Below, piece by piece: positions 43,520-55,247 of a stretch of 64,000 bases of DNA. Each line of letters begins with the position of its first letter. Position 1 is the stretch's first letter. Both the position numbers and the translations under genes were made by a program. The stretch comes from Mayamaea pseudoterrestris (lineage: Eukaryota). The notes under the pieces are model-generated. The model was given only the letters and a program-made list of their open reading frames with translations, was not told where the DNA came from and ran no database searches. Where the stretch lies: NCBI GenBank assembly GCA_027923505.1, contig BROI01000021.1, positions 248,001-312,000 on the forward strand, in the 5' to 3' direction.

Positions 43520-43865
43520 TGCGTTCTTGAGGAGCAATCGGAGTGACAGTGAATGGGTCGATGGTCGAGTATTTGGTCCACTTTCTCTCAGCTTGCAAAA
43601 ACATAGATGTTGCTATTGTAAAGCTTTGTGCACAACATCTATCTACTTATGCTACGGTAGTCGACGGTTATTTATTTGCTTTTGCACGGTTAGTAAATTG
43701 AGGTGTCCGATCGGTACTCAATTGTTGGCGGCGCATTCATAATGCAATCCGAAATCAGAAACGCGACATGACGATGGATTGTGATGATTCGCCATTGTTT
43801 TGCGTAGGATTGAAACATTGCTACAGCAACATCTGCATATACTTTTAAGCTCCGAAAAACTCGCT

Positions 43866-44931
43866 ATGAGACTATATAGACTGCTAGTTCCGATATGCTC
43901 CATCAGCACCCTTGTCGTGTGCCAACTCGCTTCGCAGTCCGAGCAAGTAAACGAGGAGGAATGGGCGGCTGATCACTTGAACGACCTCAATGATGGAAGG
44001 TTTCAGATTCAACACGACACCTTTGACGTAGCTGAAGATGGACAGGAGTATCATGCCATTCCGGGAGGCGACGCGCGCGTCCAGCATACATTGCCCCAAC
44101 ACGAACAGCAGGAGGAAGGAAATGGAGAGGCAGAAGATGTCGCAATCATATATAGTATCGATGAGCTAGAAACTGAGGGTTTGCTTGTTCAGACTCGTGC
44201 AACTCTGATCAAGCAACAAGTCAAGCGAGTTGGCCTGGGTGTCGATCAGCTCAAACAGATTCTGCTGGAGTTGCAGGAAGAAGAGGATGAAGTCAAACGA
44301 ACTGTCAATGGGTTTACAGGGTTTGAAGCTGCGGATGCAGATGACGACAGGACCTTGCTGGATGTTTTTGGTGAAGTTGCGAAAGAGTATTTGACCAAAA
44401 AAGTGGTGCGTAGTGTCTTCGCTGGAGGCAATGCAGTGCATTTACCAAGGTATCCAATGACTGACACCATATCGTATTCTGGTGGATTACCTATAGATAC
44501 CTGACACTGATCCAGAATGTCGATGGGATTGGCACAGCCTTCGATGTGAGTCTGCATGTGATTGCGAATTCCGTTTTAAACCAGGGGATTACCATTTAGG
44601 TCGAGCTTGTCGACAACGAAGGATTCCGATTCGACATTGCGATGAATCCAACCTTGAACCCGTCGTCAATAAGCGACTAGTATCCCTTATTCATCAAACT
44701 GCTCAGCTAATCGGCGACAACGTCAAGAATGTACTCAAGAAAACATCAGAGCCAGTGTGTCGAGATCTTGTACGGCTTCACACTGTTTTGAATGGCCGAT
44801 GCATGCCCCGTGGACGGATCCCCACTAAATCAATTCCTCAGCGCCTGCTTTGCGGATCAATAAGTTTTGTAGAATGCCCCGAAGATGACGCAATGGATCA
44901 CTTTATGCACCGACCCTATGTGCGCCAATAG
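43866..44931 (+). CDS. Signal-peptide protein with an acidic coiled region and a Cys-rich domain (two exons)
   Basis: Exon 1 ends at 44405. Intron 44406..44496 (GTGCGT...ATAG). Exon 2 is open to TAG 44931 and begins IPDTDPECRWDWHSLRCESACDCEFRFKPGDYHLGRACR. Exon 2 is not in the ORF track. Confidence 0.7.
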
Positions 44932-44978
44932 ACAAACAATTTTTTGACCAAAAAACCTCGCTTATTGTAGTACATAAT

Positions 44979-47090
44979 TTAGTCCAGTAAATCGGCCAAC
45001 TGCTTTTCTGTAAGGTCACTCTTTGATAGATCTGACTTAGTGTGGGTACTGCTGCTTTCGGTCAAATCGGTGCTCTCATCGGATTCATCCGTCTCTGGAT
45101 ATTCAGTCGTCGAACTCTCGTCGGGAGTTACTGTCTTTGTCGAAGACTCAATCTGTAGCAGTCGAGGAGCTGACTGAAACTTGAGACGAGGCCGAGTAGG
45201 GCGAACTTTCTCGACTTGGGTCTCTGACACCAATGGCGCATCTTGTCGCCTCGAACGCCGAAGTGGGAGATTTACCGGACTCCACATAACTTCTGCAACC
45301 CAATCGTGTATTCGTTGCGGAACAATAGGCATCATCAGTCTAACAAATGCACGGTTCATCCAGCCAGGCATGACTTCCGTGTCACCCAGCAGCAGGGCGC
45401 GTACCCCAGCTTCCGCCACCTGCCGAGGTGGTCGTGCATAGAACGGTATCTTCCAGCACAACGCATCTTGAGCCTTGCTGCTCTTCCGAAACCCAGTCTC
45501 AGATATAGCGCCAGGTAACAGACAAGTAACCCCAACCCCGAATCTCTCTAGCTCATTGGCAATGGATAGGCTTAATGTCTTTTCGAATGCTTTGGTCGCT
45601 GAGTAGATTGCAACAGACGGAATTCCTGCCACCGCACCACAGATCGACGAGACCATGAGAATACGACCTCGTTTACGTTCCTTCATCTCTTTGCCAAACA
45701 AGTGAGTAAGAGTCGCAGCTGACATGACATTCAGTTGAACCATTGATTGGACGTCGGTCAAAGGAAGATCAACCATGCTTCCCTGTGAGCTAATGCCAGC
45801 ATTGCTGAAGAGAAATTGAACAGCAAATGCTGTGAGCAGGCGCATTAATTCAAAAATCCCAATCTAACGCAACGACAGCGCTTACTTGATCAACACATCT
45901 ACCTGTAATCCAGCTTTCTTCGTAGTTTGGTAAATGTTTTCGGCAACGCCGGCTTTTGTCAAATCAGCCTGCAGAACGCAGCATTTGATGCCATAACACG
46001 CTTCAAGATCATATGCAAGAGCTGTCAGCCGATCAAGATCTCGCGCAAGCAAGATGAGAGGAATCCCCCAACGAGCCAGTTCCACTGCAATGGCTCGGCC
46101 TAGACCTTTCGATGCTCCAGTCACCAGCGCGTAACCCAATGGCAGCTCGGCATTAGCATCGTCTCGTTTTCTTCCACTGGAGTGATGATGCTTGAGCTTC
46201 TGAATTGCCATGCATTGTTCCATAATATCCACTCGCCGACGGTGGCGACGCTGCGCTATTTGCTCGCGCCGCATGCGTCGCCAGTCCGTGAATGTGACCC
46301 CACTCGGCTTGGTCAAGAATTTGCGCAGCTTCTTTGGCACGGCTGACGAGTTTGATAATGACTCACGCTTGTCATTATCCATTTCGGACACTATAACTTC
46401 ATCCTCGTAGTCAATTTCCGGCAAAAAGGGAGGCAGAATGGCTCGATTGATGTCCTTGTAAGCCAACGGCAGTGGCGTCAATAGTCGCTTTCGTAGCAAC
46501 TGCGCATGAGTCCAGCTCATGACTGCCAAGCCAGCTCCACCCAGAGCGATTGATCTAACGAATGGGTTCGAAAACAAGGGTATTGTCAGTATTCTTTTGG
46601 AAACGCCCTTGGCAGTGATAACAGTCGCTCGTCGCTGAGGTAGCAACGCCAAGAGAACCAGTGGTGGGGCGGCAGGTGGTGCATGAAGCCAGAGCTGACT
46701 CGCCAGGACTTTAGTTTGCAGAATGGCTGCTCGCGTGGATGCTTGTAGAAAGGGAAGGACCAAAGATGGGTGACTTGCAGTCAATGCATCCGAATCCTTC
46801 GAATTTGGGGAAAGCAGATTGAAGGGCCATGGTGGCCAAATTCCGGGACGCTGGCGCTTCGGACCCTGAGCTTCCGAAATATCTCTCTCTAACGTTGTTT
46901 GTTTTGAAACTTGTAGAAATTGAAAGTAGTCCGAGTCGGAACGCGCACTATTTGATCGGTCCAATAAAGGATAACTGGTTGAGTCATATCTGCTTGCGAC
47001 ACTGGATGACGAAATTCGTCTTAGACCTGACGACTCTTGCAAACATAATAAAGTGCAAAGTACTAGCGATATTACTCGACAAGCAGCCAT
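44979..47090 (-). CDS. Short-chain dehydrogenase/reductase (17beta-HSD/KAR-like) with a long N-terminal extension
   Basis: ALVTGASKGLG. Intron 45885..45805 reconstitutes NNAG. Catalytic YSATK. N-terminal signal peptide. Confidence 0.88.
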
Positions 47091-47586
47091 CTTGGCATTG
47101 AGAGAGGCAATGCTTGAGAAAGTTGTCGTCGGAAGAAAATGATCACGATCGGCGTCGTCTCGAATGCGGTCGAAGGATCTTTCGCGCATGTCGCACGAGA
47201 ACCACTAAGACGTACGTACTAAATAAAGACGTGCCAATGTGGATTTGACCGCGGCAACGCAATGTGGTTCGATGGCAGTTCCCGCGAGCAGAGTGGAAGT
47301 ACTCATAAAGATAAGTTAGATGAAGGATATACCAGATGATGAATATGGAGTTGTATGATATGTTTATGGTAGAGTACGACGTAAATGAAACCAGAGCATT
47401 TCATTGCCGATGCGATAGGTACCGGTACTGACGGCGTCCACCAAACAGCATCATTATTGCAATCGCATCGCATGATCGATGAACCCTTCGACTGCCCGAA
47501 ACATTTGCATCACATCCCACTCACTGAGATTAATCGAGTGAGAGAAAAGTATGAGTTATTTCTGCAATTGCGATAGACAGATTCAT

Positions 47587-48027
47587 ATGTTTCAAAAACG
47601 AGTAATGCCCTCCTACTCTTACCATTTGCATTCATCAATTCGCACCATGGTATCACCGAGCAAAGGCAGACGGCCGGTTTCTCTTGCACCACGTCGCCTG
47701 GCATCCGGAGCTCGCCCGAAATTGGATTCTGCAGTGGAAATGCTTGGGCCCTACGGATTGCGCCGCATTGACTATTCCAAGCCACCTGCTCGCTGGCCTC
47801 GGCCACCGCCTCCACCAGCTTCGAAACAATCGACTGAACGATACTTTCCATTCGTCCTCGCCGCATTCACGTTTGCAGGAGGTATTTGGATATACTTTAA
47901 CCAGGACGAGCAGGTGTACGAATACTGGAAGCAGGTCGAGACCGGAAATGTTCCAATTGATGGTTTGGATGATGGCGAAGACGACGATGATTTAGACGAT
48001 GACGATGAATGGGACGACAAAAAGTAA
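47587..48027 (+). CDS. Small single-pass membrane protein with acidic tail (hypothetical, possibly mitochondrial)
   Basis: Basic N-terminus, TM YFPFVLAAFTFAGGIWIYF, YEYWKQVE and an Asp-rich end. Start uncertain. Confidence 0.55.
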   Translation: MFQKRVMPSYSYHLHSSIRTMVSPSKGRRPVSLAPRRLASGARPKLDSAVEMLGPYGLRRIDYSKPPARWPRPPPPPASKQSTERYFPFVLAAFTFAGGIWIYFNQDEQVYEYWKQVETGNVPIDGLDDGEDDDDLDDDDEWDDKK

Positions 48028-48091
48028 ATGCAGTTAAATTACTTGAGTTCGTTTGTACACATATTTGATGGCCTTGTCATTGCTCTTGGTT

Positions 48092-48925
48092 TTATCCGCC
48101 TCGTGTAGCGTCCTCTCGCTCCATGGATTCTGACCATGCCGATGTCATACGAACGGCCGATCCTTCGAACAAGTTTCCCGAGTTTGGTCGGATTCTCAGC
48201 TTCTCCAACCACACATAGGAAAGAGGTGCTAATAAAACGTCGGCGCTGCCATCGGCGTAGACAAGGCAGCGACGTATTTCCACAATCATGGCCGCGTTGC
48301 CTTCCCTTGGCGAAACACGATGTGCGTGGATAAAGACAGCAGGAGGAAGCAAAGGGTCGAGCTCTCCATCTTGTCTCGCAGTCTCGGGCTGATTACGCAT
48401 CACTTCTGCGACGAGGAGGCGATAGCGAGGTTCAAACAAATGAAGGCCATATTCCTCGCCAATTTGAATTTGTGCTTGCATAATAAAGACAGGGCCTCGG
48501 AATCTGATGAAGTCGTCGATGATTCGTTTATAAAGATCTTTTGCTGATACTCCCAATGTCAATTTTGCTTGTTCAATTAACTGCATGGGCGCTGGTTTGT
48601 CCTGACTCGTCGTGGAAACGCCGGCAAGCCGCAGGGTAGGTTCCAGCCAGAGCGACGGCTCGGCTTCAATTCTACGCAGCAAAATTTGCTCCCACACATC
48701 GTCGTGGTTAGCAAATGCATGAAACTCCTTGCATACCAAGGGCAAACAATGAGTTAAGGTGGACTGGCGTTGAAAGTGATCCCTTTCAAATGGCGCGTCA
48801 GCAACGAATGTCAAAATGTGCGACTTCAACTCGCTATGGAGCTGCCCAAAAGCACGAAAACTAGACATGTTGTCGTTTTTTGCGGTCTTTTGCCGCTTGC
48901 TGCGCCTCGCAGTAGGGCTCAGCAT
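48092..48925 (-). CDS. F-box protein fused to a LON N-terminal (LON_substr_bdg/PUA-like) domain
   Basis: F-box-like FGQLHSELKSHILTFV...LPLVCKEF...DDVW, LON-N hallmark LHLFEPRYRLLV and an NLS-like RRSKRQK. Confidence 0.7.
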   Translation of the reverse strand: MLSPTARRSKRQKTAKNDNMSSFRAFGQLHSELKSHILTFVADAPFERDHFQRQSTLTHCLPLVCKEFHAFANHDDVWEQILLRRIEAEPSLWLEPTLRLAGVSTTSQDKPAPMQLIEQAKLTLGVSAKDLYKRIIDDFIRFRGPVFIMQAQIQIGEEYGLHLFEPRYRLLVAEVMRNQPETARQDGELDPLLPPAVFIHAHRVSPREGNAAMIVEIRRCLVYADGSADVLLAPLSYVWLEKLRIRPNSGNLFEGSAVRMTSAWSESMEREDATRGG

Positions 48926-49211
48926 CAAGTATACTGTGAACAAGAAGATTGCAGCGACAAGTTCTGTGTCAGCTTCGTCGGCGCCGCGACGGCGCGGCAC
49001 ACGAGTGTGAAGATCTCATAAAACGTCATCGTGTCCGACCGTTTCTTCGTAGGAAGCTACGCGCGTTTTGGTTGCATGTCGAAACTGCCCATGACCCTCG
49101 CGTCTCGTTCACACACGCGGCCCACTCAGAACGCATCGTCGCTCGGCAACTGCAGACGCAACAGTTAGGCTAATTTATCATCATTCGTACAGCTTTTTGA
49201 AGTAGAGAATT

Positions 49212-49794
49212 ATGGCGTCGAATGCTAGCGCACTGCCGCGGAGAATCATCAAGGTGAGCGAAACCAACGATAATAGCATGGCGAATGCACGAACATCGAA
49301 AACGGAATGGAAGCTTTAGTATAGTATCTCTCACGTACATGGTTATTTCATTTTAATAGGAAACACAGCGTCTGATTGCGGAGCCTGTCCCAGGAATCAG
49401 CGCCACGCCGTATCAAGACAATCTACGCTATTTTGCAGTAGCTATTGAAGGACCCTCGGACTCGCCTTACGAACAAGGTGTCTTTCAGCTTGAACTCTTT
49501 TTGCCTGCCGATTATCCCATGGCACCACCAAAAGTGCGCTTTCTTACCAAAATTTACCATCCAAACGTTGATAAGTTGGGACGCATTTGTCTCGATATTC
49601 TCAAGGACAAGTGGAGCCCTGCTCTCCAAATTCGAACCGTTTTGCTTTCGATACAAGCTTTGCTGAGCGCACCCAATCCAGATGATCCATTGGATAACGA
49701 CGTGGCGGAAGTTTGGAAAAGCAATGAGCCGGAGGCCCTTCGACGGGCCAAAGAGTTTACCGAATCGTTTGCGATGAAGGCGGGGTCTAAGTAG
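49212..49794 (+). CDS. UBC13: Ubiquitin-conjugating enzyme E2 N (K63-chain E2)
   Basis: Exon 1 is 49212..49253 (LPRRIIK), intron 49254..49359. Exon 2 reads ETQRL...[51 protein letters not shown]. Confidence 0.95.
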
Positions 49795-49902
49795 ACAACT
49801 CGTTATAATTGACGATGCAGTCTCAGAGTATGATCAGTAGTTCAATTTTTCTAATACGCAAGTGCGGTATAACAAATTCAATGTTTTATATCAATTGTAT
49901 CT

Positions 49903-50802
49903 TTACGAGAACATTTTACTAAAGGCCCTGCTCAGCTCGTCAAAGGGATTGCCGTTGAGCGGCCCAGTGCCAGCGGATGGCACAACAGGGCGCTTCACCA
50001 CGCGCGGTTCAACTGGAGGCGCGGGAGGAGCCGTAATTCTTCCAATGGTCCAAGGAAAGAGACTGCTCAGTAGAATGTCCCACTGCGGCGAGTCAAATCT
50101 GTCCTGCTGGAAGACAATTAGTCCGGACTCGGGGTCGACGGTAAAGTCCGTGTACACTATATATGGCTTGATCGTCAAGCCTGGTCCGATGCTTACGTTT
50201 CCTGATAGCCGCCAGGTGCAAGTGATGGTGTTTGGAGTGTCTTGGTTTACTGTTGTTGAGATAATTTCAGCCCTTGCGGTCCGTTGATCAAATAGCTTGT
50301 TGACGCCTCGGGCATACTCCTCAATGCCTGATACTTTAACATCTGGATCTTGGAACTTAAAACTCTCCGCAAAATAGCATGGATTCACCTTTCCCGAGAC
50401 AAACCATTCGGATTCATACAAATCCGCGTCAAGCAACTGGGCCAGCGTTTCCAGTGGAAGTTTGGGCAGTTTTGGTGCGTCGAAGTCAATGCTGGCAAGC
50501 TGATCAATCGTTTCCTCTTCATCGTTTTTGGGCATAAAGTTCGAAAGCACTCTTGTTGCTACGTTTCGGTACTCCTCAACCTGGTTGTCGTCCATTCTTC
50601 CGCTTTTCGAGTCTGCTTTATCGACGTTGTTGTCGGCGCGTTTCTTCATCCATGTTGTTGGTGTTCTTCTACCGGTACAGCCGTTTGATACGTATCTCTG
50701 CTCAACAACTGGAGTAAATGCATTGATTGGTGATATAACGAAGTATAAGCTGGTAAGGAAAACTGCTATGCATCGATCAAATGAACGATGAAAAGTTGCC
50801 AT
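49903..50802 (-). CDS. Plastid-targeted NTF2/SnoaL-like protein (DUF2358-like)
   Basis: Signal peptide ending INA-FTP. Motifs WFVSG, FKFQDPDVKVSGIEEYARGV, ITCTWRLSG and GLIVFQQDRF. Confidence 0.7.
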   Translation of the reverse strand: MATFHRSFDRCIAVFLTSLYFVISPINAFTPVVEQRYVSNGCTGRRTPTTWMKKRADNNVDKADSKSGRMDDNQVEEYRNVATRVLSNFMPKNDEEETIDQLASIDFDAPKLPKLPLETLAQLLDADLYESEWFVSGKVNPCYFAESFKFQDPDVKVSGIEEYARGVNKLFDQRTARAEIISTTVNQDTPNTITCTWRLSGNVSIGPGLTIKPYIVYTDFTVDPESGLIVFQQDRFDSPQWDILLSSLFPWTIGRITAPPAPPVEPRVVKRPVVPSAGTGPLNGNPFDELSRAFSKMFS

Positions 50803-50984
50803 GGTGACGACGAGAATAAGTTTTGACAGTGAAATTGGCGCGACGTGAGCGCGGCAGAAAGTCATTGCCGGTCGGACGTCGGAAAATGAGTCGGCATTTT
50901 CAAATCTCGCCACCATCACAAATCAATCGATCCTTGACGCTTGACGATCCAGAAAGCTCATTTCGCCTCGACATACTGCCAACC

Positions 50985-51854
50985 ATGGTGACTGTCGTCA
51001 AGGAGTCGATGCCGATTTCGGCTTATGCGAGTGTGAAACGCATGATGCCAATCATAGTGACAGGATGGATCGTGTTGACGGCATGCTACCTCTTCTTTCT
51101 CCATTGGTTCCGAGACTCGATCACCATTTTCGGCATGAAGCCATCGGCAGAATATTGCGTCAAGCAAGATATTGATACCTGCAAACGACCAGATTTATTT
51201 GCCTTTCAGCTTGTCAGTGGAGTGGCGCTAACGCTCTGTGGCATTGTCGGCTTCTACACCTGGCATGTCACTGGAAGATCACACTCGGCGCTTCCCAACA
51301 CTGCGGCGGGACGATTGTTTGATTACTTGCCAGAGGCTGAATTACTGGCTGCGCTAAATTTCATGTTTCAGGCATGGGACTTTGTCATTTCACTGTCGAT
51401 TCCCGAGCATGCCACGCCCATCATGCTTGCCCACCATCTCATGGCCAGTGCCGTTGCTTGGTGCTCCATTCGCTACCAATGTCTTCATTACTATGGAGTC
51501 TTCTTTCTCGGGCTTACCGAAGTCTCGAGCTTCTTCTTGGTGTTTATTGATTTGAGCAAGTACTATCCTTCTGTGCCAGGTAGCTGGTTGGACACATGGG
51601 TGGGTGGCATTTGTGGTCCATGCTTTGCTTTGACGTTCTTTTACTACCGCGTCTGGCTGTGGTGGCCAGAAAGCATGCGGTTGTTTCGAGATGTACAAGA
51701 AGTTGCAAGATCGGGCCAGGCACAAAAGCTGCGGCCGCAAGGTACATGGGTTCTGTACTTGTTTTTGGTGTTGAATGTGCCCCTCGGCATTCTTCAGTTG
51801 TATTGGTTCACTATTATTCTGGAGGAAGCAAAGAAAGTTGTACTTGGTCAATAA
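50985..51854 (+). CDS. TLC (TRAM/LAG1/CLN8) domain membrane protein
   Basis: Multiple TM helices, WDF, MLAHH, TEVSSFFL, FFYYRV and LQLYWFTII. Confidence 0.85.
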   Translation: MVTVVKESMPISAYASVKRMMPIIVTGWIVLTACYLFFLHWFRDSITIFGMKPSAEYCVKQDIDTCKRPDLFAFQLVSGVALTLCGIVGFYTWHVTGRSHSALPNTAAGRLFDYLPEAELLAALNFMFQAWDFVISLSIPEHATPIMLAHHLMASAVAWCSIRYQCLHYYGVFFLGLTEVSSFFLVFIDLSKYYPSVPGSWLDTWVGGICGPCFALTFFYYRVWLWWPESMRLFRDVQEVARSGQAQKLRPQGTWVLYLFLVLNVPLGILQLYWFTIILEEAKKVVLGQ

Positions 51855-52148
51855 CGCTAATTGACGTTACGGTTGGCTCTTTTTAAAGCTTTTGGTATAC
51901 CTTTAGTCTAGCTTGAACTCGTGACAAAGAGCCCGTCGGCATCTCGTCATAGAAAGAAACGGACCCCGTGACTACCAGTACGACGTCGGGTCTTTTGAAA
52001 CGTCTCGCTTGCGTTTTGCGCCCTTGCAATTTTGGCTGGTTCGATCAGCGCAGCGTCGTCTTCATCCATCCTCTCTCTCATCATCCTTAGATTCTGCACA
52101 GCTACCAAAAAGACATCAAGATTGGACCAAGGGATTACAGTCAGTATT

Positions 52149-54882
52149 ATGCCAGTCATACCGGACTGCATTCCTCCCTTTGAGATCAAGGCACCAACGA
52201 CATCGGGCGACAATGGTGCACCGACAGCATCGCTCCTCAAAGATGCCGAACGAGTCTTTCGTCTGATACAGGACGAACGACATTTGACGGCGGAGAAGCT
52301 TTACTTGGATGTCAAGCAGCGATTGCATGACTGGAAAAAGAGTGATGTGGCTTCCGGCGCATCGGCGAAGCACCGAATCCATCTACCTCGTGGCAGTTAC
52401 AAAACTAAACAATCCAAGCAGGAACAGGAGCGAGCTGTAAAGGAGATGCAGCAGGTGGAGGCGCTTTTCACGCAAAAAGTGGAGCTATTGGATCGTTTAG
52501 TGGTAGGTGAAGCTGTCTTGGCGAGGGTGTATTCATAGTGCCCCTTGTCAGTGTCAGCGTGACTCGAAATCGCTTGTCGCTTGCTCACCTCTTCTGCACA
52601 CTTGCTCTACATAGAATCGCTGTCGTTTGTTCAAAAAGGCAAAGCAAAACCTCAGTGTTGACGACGACTGGACATATGCTTGCCATCACTTTGGTATTAC
52701 AACGCACTATCGCCGCGAAGCTGACAAATCCTTGAGTGTCAAGCTTGAAGGGGATCTCATTGACGTGCCACTCTTTGAGCAAATCTGCGTCCTCAAGGAA
52801 GTTGACTTGCACTATCGCTGGGCGCCATTTTGTTCCTCCAGTATGACGATTGCTGATCTTGATAAGATTGATACAATTGGCTGGTTTCTGATTGGCATGC
52901 CCAATTTCGGCATTGCGCGTGATGGTTGCTTTCGAGCCATTGGTTGCGATTGCATTGAGGAGGATGGGACGATCGTACTAGCGGCGCAAGGCATACAAGA
53001 TCGAAAACCAAACAGTCCAGAACCCGAAGATACATATTTGAGTGATGACCCCATCATTCAGAAGCTCGACATTCCGCCACTTCCAAAGCGACGAGGAAGT
53101 GGGCGCATGACGATTAAGAAATTTGAAGCTTTAATTACCATTACGTCGCCAACGTCAGCTAATACACGTCTCGTGGCAAATGTTGATCCAAATATGGCGT
53201 TTATGCCGCAGTCGCTGCTGGAGTTTGTCATGAAGCACTTGGCCGGTGTCATGCTGGCCAAGCTTCAGGCTGCCGCTAAAAAGGTTACGAAGAATCCAGC
53301 GCACAATGAACATGCCAAGCGGATGCGAACAGAGCAAGACTTTTACAAGGTCTGGCTCATGACCAAGTTTCAGTCGCTTTGTACGCAGAAGGGTTGGGTG
53401 ATGCCGCATGTGGCTGTGTTTGATTACTCTGACAAGGACTACCACAGAGCGGCGACATTCAGTGGTCAGAGTGTCGACTTGTCAACTGTTTTGGATAATA
53501 TGTCGGCCATCAGTGAACCTGAGCTTCATCATTCGGAATCGAACTCGGTGTCTGGAGTGTCGAGTGCGTCAACACGTCGTTCGAAGAACCCTCTGTCGGC
53601 ATATTTACGCGATATGGAGGAGCGCACACGTCGGAAGAAGGAGGAAAAGATCGCGGAAAGTCGACGGCTGGCCGCTTCACGCTTAAAACCAAAGCAAATT
53701 GAGCGTAGCAAGCTGGATAGATTAGACGAGCTCAAAGTGGTCAAGACTTTAAGGCTTGCATCGGCACCAGTCGACGGCGACGATGATGATAATGCGTCGT
53801 ACGTTACAGCGGCTCAAGATTTGACTCTATCGCTTCCGCAAAGGGCAACATTTCGGCTGCATTATCATGCTGCATGGCTTCGAGTCTCTCTTTTGGTCGT
53901 TCTATTGACTGCCCATTCTTTCGTGCTCTATTCAACACTAGTGCCCAGTCTTGCAAGGCTTGTGTTTGGTGAATCACTGTCGCACTGGCGATTTGTGCAC
54001 GAAGCTACGATAACCTTGCTTCACTTGCTGCTATGCGGTGTTACCGACTATCTAGTGTGCTTCGTGGCGCTCATGTATACGTTCAGTTCATTAGATTTGG
54101 GTATCAAAGCAGGGACAATCATCAAGAAGTACTTTGCGGACAATATGTCATTCCTGGTAGCGGGGAAAGTAGTGGCGATTGTCGCTTTTGCCTTGGCCAA
54201 AGCAGTGATAGTGATATCGATTCGAGTTTTGGCTAAACTTGGACTGCGAGTGCTAAAGGCGCCTTTGCCTTTGTGGACATTGAGTGAGGTGCCTCAGTCT
54301 TTCCTGGGGCTTGGCATACGGCCAGAGTTCGTCAATGCATCATCGCGAGAGCTTAGTTGGATGTTCAATCAAGCTCAAACAATGTATCAGTGTATGATGT
54401 GGGGTGCTACGAAGCTTTTCCGCACATACCCTTTTCTGTGTTTTTCGGAGAGGCTCATACGGCTGAAGCTTTCGGCGCAGGAAGCTTTAGAGCCATACGC
54501 AGTTGATCAAAGCTTGTATTCTTCGTGGCGGGAGGAAGCTTTCATAACGGCACGCACTTTTTTTACTTATTCGACAGCGTTTCTTTTACTTTTCCTTTTA
54601 CTCTTCACGCTCACAGCGATGCGATCTCGTCCGCCTCGGGCGAAGGAGCATCCTCAGCGATCGATGCATGCGAAGCCAGTCTTGGCAACAATAAGCGAAG
54701 TGAGTGAAGAACAAGAAGATAGGGCTCTTTCATCTTTGGCATCGTCAGCTGATTCCGAATTAGACCAATCTGCAACGAGACGTCGACTCTTTCGAATGCA
54801 TCGTCGTCGCAAAGATGTGGCCGCCGAAGCTCCTTCGCCTGAAGCGTCTCGCCGCAGCCTTGTTCATGCTTCATCGATGTGA
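52149..54882 (+). CDS. START/SRPBCC-like lipid-binding domain protein with C-terminal TM segments
   Basis: Exon 1 is 52149..52502 and intron 52503..52614 joins in frame to the 751-aa ORF. Motifs DDDWT...FGITTHYR, EVDLHYRWAPFC and VANVDPNMAFMPQSLLEF. Confidence 0.7.
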
Positions 54883-55100
54883 GGGCTTGTTGGTTACATT
54901 TTCAGCTGATTCACTCGCGTACTACATATTGCAACTTTTCAGCTGGCGCTTGTGGATATGTGGCCGCCGAAGCTCCTTCGCCTGAAGCGTCTCGCCGCAG
55001 CCTTGTTCATGCTCCATCGATGTGTGGGCTTGTTGGTTACATTTTCAGCTGATTTACTCGCGTACTGCATATTGCAACTTTCCAGCTGGCGCGTGTGGAT
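54815..55100. repeat. 143-bp tandem duplication (2 copies) covering the stop codon and 3' UTR of the START-like gene
   Basis: atgtggccgccgaagctccttcgcctgaagcg... begins at 54815 and again at 54958, with only a few substitutions. Confidence 0.95.
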
Positions 55101-55247
55101 CCGCCAAAAGTCATTCGGAGATCGATACTACATGCATATTCCACTTACAATAACCGTCATGCTACTCTAGGCTAAACATTTTCAACTTGTGAACAACGTA
55201 TTCGTATGATTACATTCCCTTGCTTAACATTATCTTAAATTGTATTC

